Shown here: piece after piece, positions 1-8,688 of the stretch | Position numbering within the stretch: position 1 is the first letter of the stretch | Layout: every line of letters starts with the position of its first letter | Source: Aciduliprofundum sp. | GTDB taxonomy: Archaea; Thermoplasmatota; Thermoplasmata; Thermoplasmatales; Aciduliprofundaceae | Assembly (NCBI GenBank): GCA_015523135.1 | Contig: WAKY01000159.1 | Span: 1-35,163, forward strand | DNA: 35,163 nt | Direction of reading: 5' to 3' | Notes under the pieces: generated by a model | What the model saw: only the letters and a program-made list of their open reading frames with translations | What the model was told of the DNA's origin: nothing | The model's database searches: none | Program-made: the position numbers and the translations under genes

Positions 1-156
1 CCAAGATTCCAAACACCTTTCTGGACAGAAGAGATAAATCTTATGCTAAAGATAAAGAAGAAAGCAGAACAGCAGAGCTTGGCTAAATACGGCTTAGATT
101 ATGTAACAGATACCTATTTGCCAGAGAAGCTCACTGAGCTAGGGGTTATGTCTTAA
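1..156 (+). CDS. top6A: DNA topoisomerase VI subunit A, C-terminal part (5'-partial)
   Basis: Manual frame +1 translation [51 protein letters not shown]; KKAEQQxLxKYGLDxVTDxYLPEK is the typical TopoVI-A C-terminus. Not in the ORF track. Confidence 0.85.
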   Translation, partial: PRFQTPFWTEEINLMLKIKKKAEQQSLAKYGLDYVTDTYLPEKLTELGVMS

Positions 157-435
157 TTTTTTAATTCCTCTTTTTATGTCCTTCTCTGTAAATTGCACAG
201 TCACCTTTTGCTCCTTCACAACCTTGTCTATATTTCTCTTCAAAACTTCTGTGAAAAGGGAGATTATATCACCATTATCTCCTTCAAATCTTATTGCCTC
301 ATAAATTCTATCATTCTTGACAAGAGAGAGAACTGCGATGCCCTCATACTCTCCCACTTCATAAGTGTCAATTACAATCTCTCCATCCCAGTCTTTTACA
401 ATCTTCTGGAGCTCATCAATGCTTTCCACCTTCAT
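139..435 (-). CDS. hypothetical protein (98 aa)
   Basis: Plausible protein composition, ATG start, co-oriented downstream of ribH; no motif recognised. Confidence 0.6.
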   Translation of the reverse strand: MKVESIDELQKIVKDWDGEIVIDTYEVGEYEGIAVLSLVKNDRIYEAIRFEGDNGDIISLFTEVLKRNIDKVVKEQKVTVQFTEKDIKRGIKKLRHNP

Positions 436-473
436 TTTAAATAATAAAAGATAAAAAAGGATATAAATTTTTC

Positions 474-893
474 TCAGCTAATATCCTTTAATCTCCTGAC
501 AAGCTTTACAGCGGCTTCTACAGCATCTCTTGCCTTTTCAATCCTTGCCTCTGCCTGCAATCTTGATTCTCCTGGACCTGAGATTCCTAGTGTAACAGGT
601 TTTCCAAATTCCACGCTCAAATCTTCTATTTTCCTAGCCGCATTCTGCATAACAATCTCATCGTGCTCCGTCTCGCCTTCAATGACCGCGCCGAGGGTTA
701 CAACTGCATCTACATCTTTCTTTTCCAGTAATTTTCTTACGAGAAGAGGTATATCAAATGTTCCAGGAGCTTTTAATACGTACTTCACTTCCGCACCTAA
801 AAACTTGGCATGTTCTTTTGCACGCTCAAGCATCATCATTGTTATGTCGTAGTTGTACTCACTTACCACTATTCCCAAATTTATTTTATCCAT
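474..893 (-). CDS. ribH: 6,7-dimethyl-8-ribityllumazine synthase
   Basis: [39 protein letters not shown] motifs; start moved to ATG 893 downstream of GGAGGTG SD (track starts 902). Confidence 0.97.
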   Translation of the reverse strand: MDKINLGIVVSEYNYDITMMMLERAKEHAKFLGAEVKYVLKAPGTFDIPLLVRKLLEKKDVDAVVTLGAVIEGETEHDEIVMQNAARKIEDLSVEFGKPVTLGISGPGESRLQAEARIEKARDAVEAAVKLVRRLKDIS

Positions 894-905
894 ACTCTTC
901 ACCTC

Positions 906-1802
<897 letters not shown>

Positions 1803-1815
<13 letters not shown>

Positions 1816-2474
1816 TTAAACCACGCATCCAAAATGTTCTTTCCCTCTAAAAATATTATCCCTCGCTCTTCTGCAAAGCGTCTTGCGCCTTCCTTACTCA
1901 TTGAGTTCCCATCCTCTGCAAGAATCTCTACGATTGTTGCTGAGGGTACGAGCCCTGCCATTTCCATAAGGGCTGTGGATAGCTCTGTATGTCCTCTTCT
2001 ATTCTTTAATCCTGAAGATATGAGTAGATGCACATGTCCGGGAGATATGAACTCTTCTCCAAATTTCTTCATCGGCTCTTCCATATTATCTATTCTTTTC
2101 AAGAAATTTGCAAATTCCTTTATCGTTTTTGCCCTATCCTTGTCAGGTATGCCTGTAAAATTGTCTCTGTGATTTATGGTAACTGAGAAAGAGGGTATCG
2201 TATCGTACCTGACCTTTGGAGTTAAATACTTGAATATTGGGTAACCGCTTCTTTGAAATATCTCGTGCAAATATGGCAAGCCAATTCTATCCGCATAATT
2301 CTTTGGCAGGGTGGTGCATATTAACCCTCCACCTTCTCTGCGCATAAATCTAATCTTTTCTGGAGTTATGAATTGAGAGGCAATCACAATATCCGTCTCT
2401 TCTTCCCTTCCCTCACTGTCAAATATGAATACGAATTCTCCACGTCTTAATACTTCTATTGCTTTTTCAATCAC
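1803..2474 (-). CDS. ribB: 3,4-dihydroxy-2-butanone 4-phosphate synthase
   Basis: FDSEGREEETD, GGGLIC, FSVTINHRDNFTGIPDKDR, SPGHV, RRGHTELS motifs; likely start GTG 2474 (track 2522). Confidence 0.96.
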
Positions 2475-2579
2475 GAGCCTTTCATTCTTCTCGTTATTAA
2501 AAACTTGTTGATTATAACTCAATTTTGAGTTATCAATATGAAAAATTGTTAAAAAGTATAAAACCCTTTAAAACCTTTG

Positions 2580-2637
2580 TGAATATATGTTCATCTTATT
2601 GAATATATGTTCAAAAATTTCAAAAAATGTTTAAATA
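2580..2637 (+). promoter_or_regulatory. tandem palindromic operator TGAATATATGTTCA x2 plus TATA box upstream of amt
   Basis: Identical 14-mers at 2580-2593 and 2600-2613 (TGAA-N6-TTCA, 20-bp period); TTTAAATA at 2630-2637. Confidence 0.65.
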
Positions 2638-2678
2638 TGTTATCAACGATTCCCGTAGAGTATTAGAAAACACAGGAG

Positions 2679-3893
2679 ATGATGAAAATGCTGGATACGG
2701 GTAGTGATGGATTTATGCTGATAGCGGCTGCACTGGTTTTCATTATGACTCCCGGACTTGCACTTTTCTACGGTGGCTTAGTTAACAAAAAGAACTCTGT
2801 TGCAATGATGATGCAGAACTTCTTCTCTGCAGGATGGACGACCATACTCTGGGTACTTTTTGGATTTAGTCTTGCCTTCGGAGCAGATGTGGCGGGAATA
2901 ATTGGCGGAGGCCATTATTTCTTCCTCTTAAATATGACACCAAAAACTCTATTCCCGGGTGATGGTGGAGTAATAAGCATGTACACATTTATGATTTACC
3001 AACTGATGTTTGCAATTATTACCCCAGTGCTTATGACAGGGGCCTTTGCAGATAGAATGAAATTCAAGGGATTTATAGTATTTATAACACTTTGGCTATT
3101 CTTAGTGTACTTCCCATTCGCCCACTGGCTCTGGGGTGGTGGATTCTTACAACAATGGGGAGTCGAGGATTTCGCTGGAGGAATTGTAGTTCATACTAGT
3201 GCAGGATTTGGGGCCCTAGCAGCTGTGTTCTACCTTGGAAGGAGATTACATCCAAAACCGGGTAATCATAGCATCCCACTAATTGTACTTGGCACGGCAC
3301 TTCTATGGTTCGGCTGGTTCGGATTCAACGCTGGAAGTGCTTTGAGAGTTGATGCAGATACAAATGTGGCATTTATAAACACTATGATTGCTGCGGCATT
3401 TGCAGCCGTAACATGGATGTTCTGGGACTATGCTGTGCATAAGAGATGGAGTAGCATAGGATTCTTAACGGGTTCCATAGCCGGTCTGGCAACAATAACC
3501 CCTGCAGCGGGATTTGTAAATCCTCAAGCGGCTATGCTTATAGGCATCCTTGCAGCCTTGATTTCACACTGGGCTGTGGACTTTGTACATAAGAAGGGCT
3601 GGGACGATGCATTGGATGTATGGGGTGTACACGGAATAGGTGGATTCACTGGTATAATTTTGCTTGGAATCTTGGGAAGTGCAGCCATCAACGGTGCTAA
3701 TGGATTGATCTATGGCGGAGTTACATTCTTTGGAAAGCAGGTAGTAGCAGCGTGTCTTACAGCGGTGTATGCGTTTCTTGTAACCTATGGCATTGCATGG
3801 TTAACTGATAAAATTACACCTCTCAGAGTATCCGAGGAAGAAGAAGAGAAGGGCCTTGATGAGTCTGAATTCCTAGAGACTGCATATTCCTAA
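2679..3893 (+). CDS. amtB: ammonium transporter (Amt family)
   Basis: MTPGLALFYGG, QLMFAIITP, FAHWLWGGG, DFAGGIVVH, LLWFGWFGFNAGS, GLATITP, DDALDVWGVHG; GGAG SD. Confidence 0.98.
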   Translation: MMKMLDTGSDGFMLIAAALVFIMTPGLALFYGGLVNKKNSVAMMMQNFFSAGWTTILWVLFGFSLAFGADVAGIIGGGHYFFLLNMTPKTLFPGDGGVISMYTFMIYQLMFAIITPVLMTGAFADRMKFKGFIVFITLWLFLVYFPFAHWLWGGGFLQQWGVEDFAGGIVVHTSAGFGALAAVFYLGRRLHPKPGNHSIPLIVLGTALLWFGWFGFNAGSALRVDADTNVAFINTMIAAAFAAVTWMFWDYAVHKRWSSIGFLTGSIAGLATITPAAGFVNPQAAMLIGILAALISHWAVDFVHKKGWDDALDVWGVHGIGGFTGIILLGILGSAAINGANGLIYGGVTFFGKQVVAACLTAVYAFLVTYGIAWLTDKITPLRVSEEEEEKGLDESEFLETAYS

Positions 3894-4096
3894 CCGGAAT
3901 TTTTACTTCTCCCTTTATTTTTATTGTAAAGGTAAATTGTAAGGTTATTATATTGATTTAATAAAAGAACTAGAAAGTAAGCAGCGAAAATTGCAGATGG
4001 AATGGAGTTTTGATGAGATTAGGGAGAAGGACAAAAGGTTCGGATCCTGGAAGCCTTTGGGCCGGAGTATTTAAAGAAGATAAGAGGTGAGGTTTG

Positions 4097-4195
4097 ATGG
4101 AAGTAGTGGAGAACGAAAAATCTGGAATTGAAGAGGAGCGAATCCAGACGAACCCTGATACAAAAGTAGCGGGCCAGGAGGGATTCGGCAAATAA
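4097..4195 (+). pseudogene. possible Int(N) remnant of a split SSV1-type integrase
   Basis: 32-aa ORF MEVVENEKSGIEEERIQTNPDTKVAGQEGFGK with GAGGTGA SD, reading into the antisense of the tRNA fragment (AGQEGF). Confidence 0.35.
4167..4187 (-). other. isolated tRNA 3'-end fragment, putative att site
   Basis: Minus strand reads CGAAT-CCCTC-CTGGCCC-G-CTA: part of T-loop, 3' T-stem, 3' acceptor strand and G discriminator (Lys/Arg-like); tRNA similarity stops within the T-loop. Confidence 0.7.
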
Positions 4196-4338
4196 GTGAC
4201 TTTTTGGAAAAGATACAATACCCTGCAGAGAAAATACCTGAGAAAGCCGAAGAAATCTGGAGGGAATGGCTAAGGACTGGGCATTGGTGGGAGCCTTCTG
4301 AGCAGGAGATTTTAGCATTTTTGGAGGGAGAGATATAA
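4186..4338 (+). pseudogene. 5'-truncated or TTG-start small ORF at the junction
   Basis: RQISDFLEKIQYPAEKIPEKAEEIWREWLRTGHWWEPSEQEILAFLEGEI*; its TAA overlaps ATG 4338; no in-frame ATG (TTG at 4204 possible). Confidence 0.45.
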
Positions 4339-4577
4339 TGAAGTGGCCATATAAGTTGGAGATTTTGTGGAGCACAGGAGATTTGACAGAGAGCAGGATA
4401 ACGGAGACAGAAAAAGAAATGATAGAAGAATACGGCTCTCTTTACATTCTAATGAGGTATGAACTGCAAGGAGAGCCAAATGCTAGGCCAGTGAGTTATC
4501 AGGTGTGGGATAAAGAGGATAATCCGTTAATACCGATAGATACACAGCCCAGAGCGGAGGAATCAGCATCTGCATAA
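4338..4577 (+). CDS. hypothetical protein (79 aa)
   Basis: GGAGGGAG SD; TAATG coupling at both ends. Confidence 0.65.
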   Translation: MKWPYKLEILWSTGDLTESRITETEKEMIEEYGSLYILMRYELQGEPNARPVSYQVWDKEDNPLIPIDTQPRAEESASA

Positions 4578-4690
4578 TGTACTACATAAGGGATATGGAA
4601 ACAGGAGAGATAGCTGATAAGGCAGAAACATTGGAAGAAGCGCTTGAGAAGTTGAAAGAGAGAGGCAGTGGAATACGGGAGATAGTATGA
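4577..4690 (+). CDS. hypothetical small protein (37 aa)
   Basis: MYYIRDMETGEIADKAETLEEALEKLKERGSGIREIV*; TAATG overlap upstream and ATGA overlap with 4687; below the ORF-track cutoff. Confidence 0.6.
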   Translation: MYYIRDMETGEIADKAETLEEALEKLKERGSGIREIV

Positions 4691-6033
4691 GCATATCCAA
4701 AGCAGTTCTAGGGGTTCTTCGGAGAAATCCAAATCTCACATGGACACCAAAGAGTTTGCAGTATGAAGCATTGAGAAGGAACATTCCTTTGAGTTATGAG
4801 AATGCGAAGAAGATTTTGCAAAGATATGGCTCTCGGATTTCCCGGGGCCAATATATTTTTTCACCCCAAAGGGACAGCATGTTACATTCAAAGGGACAAA
4901 AGGGGACATATTTTAGGGGTATGTTACATTTGAGTAGAGAGAGTGTAGAACTTAGAAAATCTGAGAATAGATGTAACAAAGGGACATGTTACAAATCTGA
5001 GGGGTATGTTCCATTGTTTAGGAGAATGTTAGCAGTCATGACGGGAGAGAGTATGAGAAGAAAAACTATATCTCCACAGGATTTTTTGAGAGGTCCGTAC
5101 CTTTATGGTATAGGAAACGCAGAGACAAAGAGAATTTATTTCTACAGATTGAGAGATTTAGGGGTTCTGCAAAGGATAGGGAGAGGGAAATACAGGGTAA
5201 ATGTGGATAGAGCGAGAGAGTTAATGGAAGAAGGGGCACCCCTAGGGGTACATGGTAGAAATGAAGGGACAGATGTTAGAAAAGGGGACAATTTAATTAC
5301 AATATCGCACCATTTTAGAATTAAAAAGCCCATTCCGTTAAGAGAAGAAGAGCTTGGCATAATCTCAAAATATCTGTGGAGCAAAGAGCCGATAAAAGAT
5401 TATGTGAATGGAATTTATCTTGAAGCATATCCAACGGGAGATAGGGACAGGTCTCACGGGTTAAAGATAAAAACTGCGGGTGCAACCTTCCACATCACAT
5501 ACTCTTACAAGAAAGGAATTGCCAAAGTTATGATTTATCCAAAGAGGAAAGAAATGTGGGAATTCTATGCAGAAAAGCTATTTGGCAAAGAATTCGTGGA
5601 TAGGGCCATAAGGATAGGCATATCTTCTCATTTTGGATTTAATTTGGATGAGATAAGCAAGGTTCTCTGGGAAGGAGAGGAGATAAAGATAACACTCAAC
5701 AAGAGTGATTTTGGTCCATCTGGAGATTTGGAGTTTGAAGGTGTGAGTGAGGAGGGAGGAGAATTGGCGAAGAAGCTCATAGAGAACAAGTTGGAGCTTG
5801 TGGGAAAGATAGTGGATGAATACGAAGTTCTTAAAAGAAGGTTAGATGAAATATCCGCAAATCTCTATTTCCAGCAGTCTAGCAAGGATGTAGATGAGTT
5901 AAGGGAGAAGATAAAGGAGTTAGAAAAGGATGTGAGAGAGATAAAAGACCATGTAGTTCTCCACACGAGGTTCATAAACCTGATGTTGAAAGATTATCCG
6001 AATTTTGGTGGGGAGGTTGAGGGTTATGCGTGA
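4687..6033 (+). CDS. wHTH/coiled-coil protein, putative replication initiator (Rep-like)
   Basis: Two wHTH-like segments (SYENAKKILQRYGSRISRGQYIF; RIYFYRLRDLGVLQRIGRGKYRVN), C-terminal coiled coil, internal DNA repeats. Function inferred. Confidence 0.5.
   Translation: MSISKAVLGVLRRNPNLTWTPKSLQYEALRRNIPLSYENAKKILQRYGSRISRGQYIFSPQRDSMLHSKGQKGTYFRGMLHLSRESVELRKSENRCNKGTCYKSEGYVPLFRRMLAVMTGESMRRKTISPQDFLRGPYLYGIGNAETKRIYFYRLRDLGVLQRIGRGKYRVNVDRARELMEEGAPLGVHGRNEGTDVRKGDNLITISHHFRIKKPIPLREEELGIISKYLWSKEPIKDYVNGIYLEAYPTGDRDRSHGLKIKTAGATFHITYSYKKGIAKVMIYPKRKEMWEFYAEKLFGKEFVDRAIRIGISSHFGFNLDEISKVLWEGEEIKITLNKSDFGPSGDLEFEGVSEEGGELAKKLIENKLELVGKIVDEYEVLKRRLDEISANLYFQQSSKDVDELREKIKELEKDVREIKDHVVLHTRFINLMLKDYPNFGGEVEGYA
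4869..5290. repeat. intragenic iteron-like repeat clusters
   Basis: GGGACA at 4871, 4893, 4903, 4981, 5266, 5285; ATGTTACA at 4879, 4921, 4986; AGGGGTATGTT at 4915, 5000; inverted TGTAACA-N8-TGTTACA at 4972-4993. Confidence 0.65.
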
Positions 6034-6265
6034 ATTGAAGAGGTTTCAGATAAAGAGGATAATAGAGGAGGCTATGAGGATCACGAATGATATAACTCTC
6101 AGGGAGGATGTAAGGCTGGAGGATATTTACAAGATAGTGGAGGCCGTGAAGGGTGAGAGATTGACGAAGAGGGAGAAACAGATGATTGCAGCCATCGTTA
6201 AGAGAAGCTATCCAACCTATAGAGAATTGGAGAACAATGAGTTGAAGGTAATTGTGATGGTATAG
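6026..6265 (+). CDS. hypothetical protein (79 aa), basic and helical, possibly DNA-binding
   Basis: ATG 6026 after GGAGGT SD, overlapping the stop of the preceding gene. Confidence 0.65.
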   Translation: MRELKRFQIKRIIEEAMRITNDITLREDVRLEDIYKIVEAVKGERLTKREKQMIAAIVKRSYPTYRELENNELKVIVMV

Positions 6266-6408
6266 TAATATCAAATTTTGAGAGCATTCTCAATCATATG
6301 CACCAACCTTAACAAAAATATTAAGGATGATGCACCAGAATGAGAAATCATTTATAATCTCGCCTATTAGCAAAAATCTCTGGGATAAATAATAATCTTA
6401 TGTGAATC

Positions 6409-6522
6409 TTACAAGAGAAAGTAAAGTAATGCTGCAACCACAAAATTTGCAATTCCAAATATGAACCACGCCCAATTAATTTGTCTTTTCTCCTTCTCAT
6501 TTTCGGAGTTTACTATATACAT
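6409..6522 (-). CDS. putative small membrane peptide (37 aa)
   Basis: MYIVNSENEKEKRQINWAWFIFGIANFVVAALLYFLL*; charged N-terminus plus one hydrophobic helix. Confidence 0.35.
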   Translation of the reverse strand: MYIVNSENEKEKRQINWAWFIFGIANFVVAALLYFLL

Positions 6523-6535
6523 TCTCCCTAGGGAG

Positions 6536-6655
6536 TTATATGATTCCAAAGTAATCTAGAATCATCCAAAGAGCTATAAGTCCAGCTATCCCAAAATAAA
6601 TCTTGCTCATTGTAGGTATCTTCCGTCTCTTCCTTTTATGGGTTGTGTAATTCAT
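6536..6655 (-). CDS. putative small membrane peptide (39 aa)
   Basis: MNYTTHKRKRRKIPTMSKIYFGIAGLIALWMILDYFGII*; basic N-terminus plus one hydrophobic helix. Confidence 0.4.
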   Translation of the reverse strand: MNYTTHKRKRRKIPTMSKIYFGIAGLIALWMILDYFGII

Positions 6656-6793
6656 TTAATATCCTTTCTTTTTACTCGATGCCATATCGTAGATAACTGC
6701 TCTCATATCACCACGGGTAAGTAAGTATTGCCATAATAAATCCGAAGATTCCCATTCCTAGCATGATGAGGCCAAGGAGCGTATTTCCGTTTA

Positions 6794-6982
6794 TTATTTC
6801 ACTTTCCTTTCCGCCAGTTCTATAATCTCTCTCTTTACACATACAATTCCAAATATCATCCACCATACCCATTTGTGTGTCGTGTCCACTATTGAATTTC
6901 CTATATATCCTATTGCGTTCGTAAACGCTATCAGAAATATTATCAGCCCTGTTATACCTATTCTTATCCATATTCTTTCCAT
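6794..6982 (-). CDS. putative small membrane protein (62 aa)
   Basis: Two hydrophobic segments; AAGGAGATGA SD-like sequence upstream. Confidence 0.5.
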   Translation of the reverse strand: MERIWIRIGITGLIIFLIAFTNAIGYIGNSIVDTTHKWVWWMIFGIVCVKREIIELAERKVK

Positions 6983-7296
6983 AAATCTATCATCTCCTTT
7001 CTATTTATCTTTTTCGCCAAAGTTTTTGCTGCCTAACTTGCCCAAAATCAAAATTTATTGCCGATAGGGTTAAATAGAATGGTGTAGATTTTATCGTAGC
7101 ATGGATGAGAAGACACCCAAAAATTCATAGAGGAAGTAGAAAAGTATCTCGCAATTTGCAGAGAAGGACATAAAAAGAGGACTTAAGAAATATAGGGAGG
7201 AGAAAGAATGTTTATGACTTGTGAGGCATAGAGAAGATCATTCATAAATTTAGATAAATATAAATTTAGATAAAGAATCAAAAAAGAAAAAGATAG

Positions 7297-8457
7297 TTAA
7301 AGTTTTGGTATAAGATTAGAAGCTATGGGTGAGCCAAATCCTGTAACATAATCCCATCCAGGCTCTGCGTTGTAGTATCCGTTGTCTGGACCAGAAACGA
7401 TGTCATGGAAGTACAGTGAATAATCGTTTCCAGTGCCTAGGGAATAGATCACATTCTGTACAAGTCCAAGTGCATGACCATGATACTGTGCAGCGATTGC
7501 TATAAGCCCGGCCCACTGAGGTGCACCTATGCTAGTACCGCCAAAGGTATACCATGTGCGAGAATAGTATACTGCCACACCCGTGTTGGGATTTCCATCG
7601 TAAGCCACATCAGGAACTCCTCTCTTGCCATTAGTTATTAAGGATACCGATGACTGATAGTTTGGCTCAGAGAAGTAATCACTGTATCCACCGCCAGAGT
7701 CTGACCATGTGGTCTCATCATACCACGCATCATTCTTTATTGTGAGAGTTGTACCACCAATGCTCAATACATTTGGATCAGAGGCGGGGAAATTCACGGT
7801 TAGAGATTGCGTTCCATCATATGCTCCATCATCACCAGAGGAGGCAATAGGTGTTATTCCAACAGAAACTGCATAAGAGAATAGTGAATCCCACTGATCC
7901 AATATGGATGAAGATACTTGTGATTCAGCAGCTCCAAAGCTCATGGATATTGCTACAACATTTGTAGTATTGTGAAGATCCACAGCATATTTCAATCCTG
8001 CATAAAGATCATCGAAGCTGGCACTTTTTACCACTACAAGGTCTATCGTTGCACCAGGAGCTATGGCATGAGCCCACTCCACATCCAGAGTTGTTTCTTG
8101 CGCCCACCCAGTATTTCTTCCATGAACAGTTCCCTCTGGGTAGTAAACATTGAGATGTATGTCAGGCAAACCGTAGTATGAGTCAAAATAGTCTACATCT
8201 TTTGTTATACTACTGCTCCCATATGCATCCACAATTACTATTGTTGTTCCAGATCCATCATAGCCTTGGGCTATTAGTGAAGATACTTCGTATGCATTTT
8301 GCATCTGCTGCGGAGAGTATCCACTTGGAGCCGAAGTATGCGGATTTCCATAGTTGTTCAAAAATGGTTTGGCAGTGACATTTTCACTTATCACAAAAGA
8401 AAATGGCACTACCATCGCTGCAATCACTAATATTGCAACCAATTTTGTGTATTTCAT
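7297..8457 (-). CDS. secreted S53 (sedolisin/kumamolisin-like) peptidase
   Basis: Signal peptide; ETTLDVEWAHAIAPGA (Glu/Asp), SSGDDG (oxyanion Asp), GGTSIGAP (catalytic Ser), GWDYVTGFGSP Ca-binding tail. Confidence 0.93.
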   Translation of the reverse strand: MKYTKLVAILVIAAMVVPFSFVISENVTAKPFLNNYGNPHTSAPSGYSPQQMQNAYEVSSLIAQGYDGSGTTIVIVDAYGSSSITKDVDYFDSYYGLPDIHLNVYYPEGTVHGRNTGWAQETTLDVEWAHAIAPGATIDLVVVKSASFDDLYAGLKYAVDLHNTTNVVAISMSFGAAESQVSSSILDQWDSLFSYAVSVGITPIASSGDDGAYDGTQSLTVNFPASDPNVLSIGGTTLTIKNDAWYDETTWSDSGGGYSDYFSEPNYQSSVSLITNGKRGVPDVAYDGNPNTGVAVYYSRTWYTFGGTSIGAPQWAGLIAIAAQYHGHALGLVQNVIYSLGTGNDYSLYFHDIVSGPDNGYYNAEPGWDYVTGFGSPIASNLIPKL

Positions 8458-8493
8458 TAAATCACCTGGCTGTAGGATGTTACTTCATAATAT

Positions 8494-8663
8494 TATATAA
8501 AACTTTCTATATCTGATTTGCACTCCACTCTTAAGTTTTCATACTACCGTCTACCGTAGAGATTTTAGAGGTTCGTTTTCTGAACTTCAATTTTTGCGAT
8601 TTAAAAGAGAATTAGTATTTTACTTGTTCTCCATACAATTTCAAAATTTCAACTTTTTATATA
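8494..8663. promoter_or_regulatory. divergent archaeal promoters (S53 gene / transfer operon)
   Basis: TTTTATATA on the minus strand at 8494-8502; TTTATATA on the plus strand at 8656-8663, 25 nt before ATG 8689 (likely leaderless). Confidence 0.55.
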
Positions 8664-8688
8664 GTAGAAGAAAATAAGCAATTGATGT

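Noticed and set aside
2475-2678. FMN riboswitch upstream of the riboflavin operon
   Set aside because: The region is short and AT-rich, with none of the conserved RFN sequence blocks.
3960-4200. Complete tRNA gene near the junction (GGTTCGGATCC at about 4037 also looks like a T-loop)
   Set aside because: I could not build a cloverleaf; only the 3' fragment at 4167-4187 has correct T-stem and acceptor spacing.
6708-6971. 87-aa ORF as a full gene
   Set aside because: It overlaps the better-supported 62-aa ORF in another frame; only its hydrophobic last 25-30 residues look protein-like.
7244-7274. Tandem duplication ATAAATTTAGATAAA x2
   Set aside because: Two AT-rich copies just downstream of the S53 gene; most simply a slippage duplication in a terminator region.
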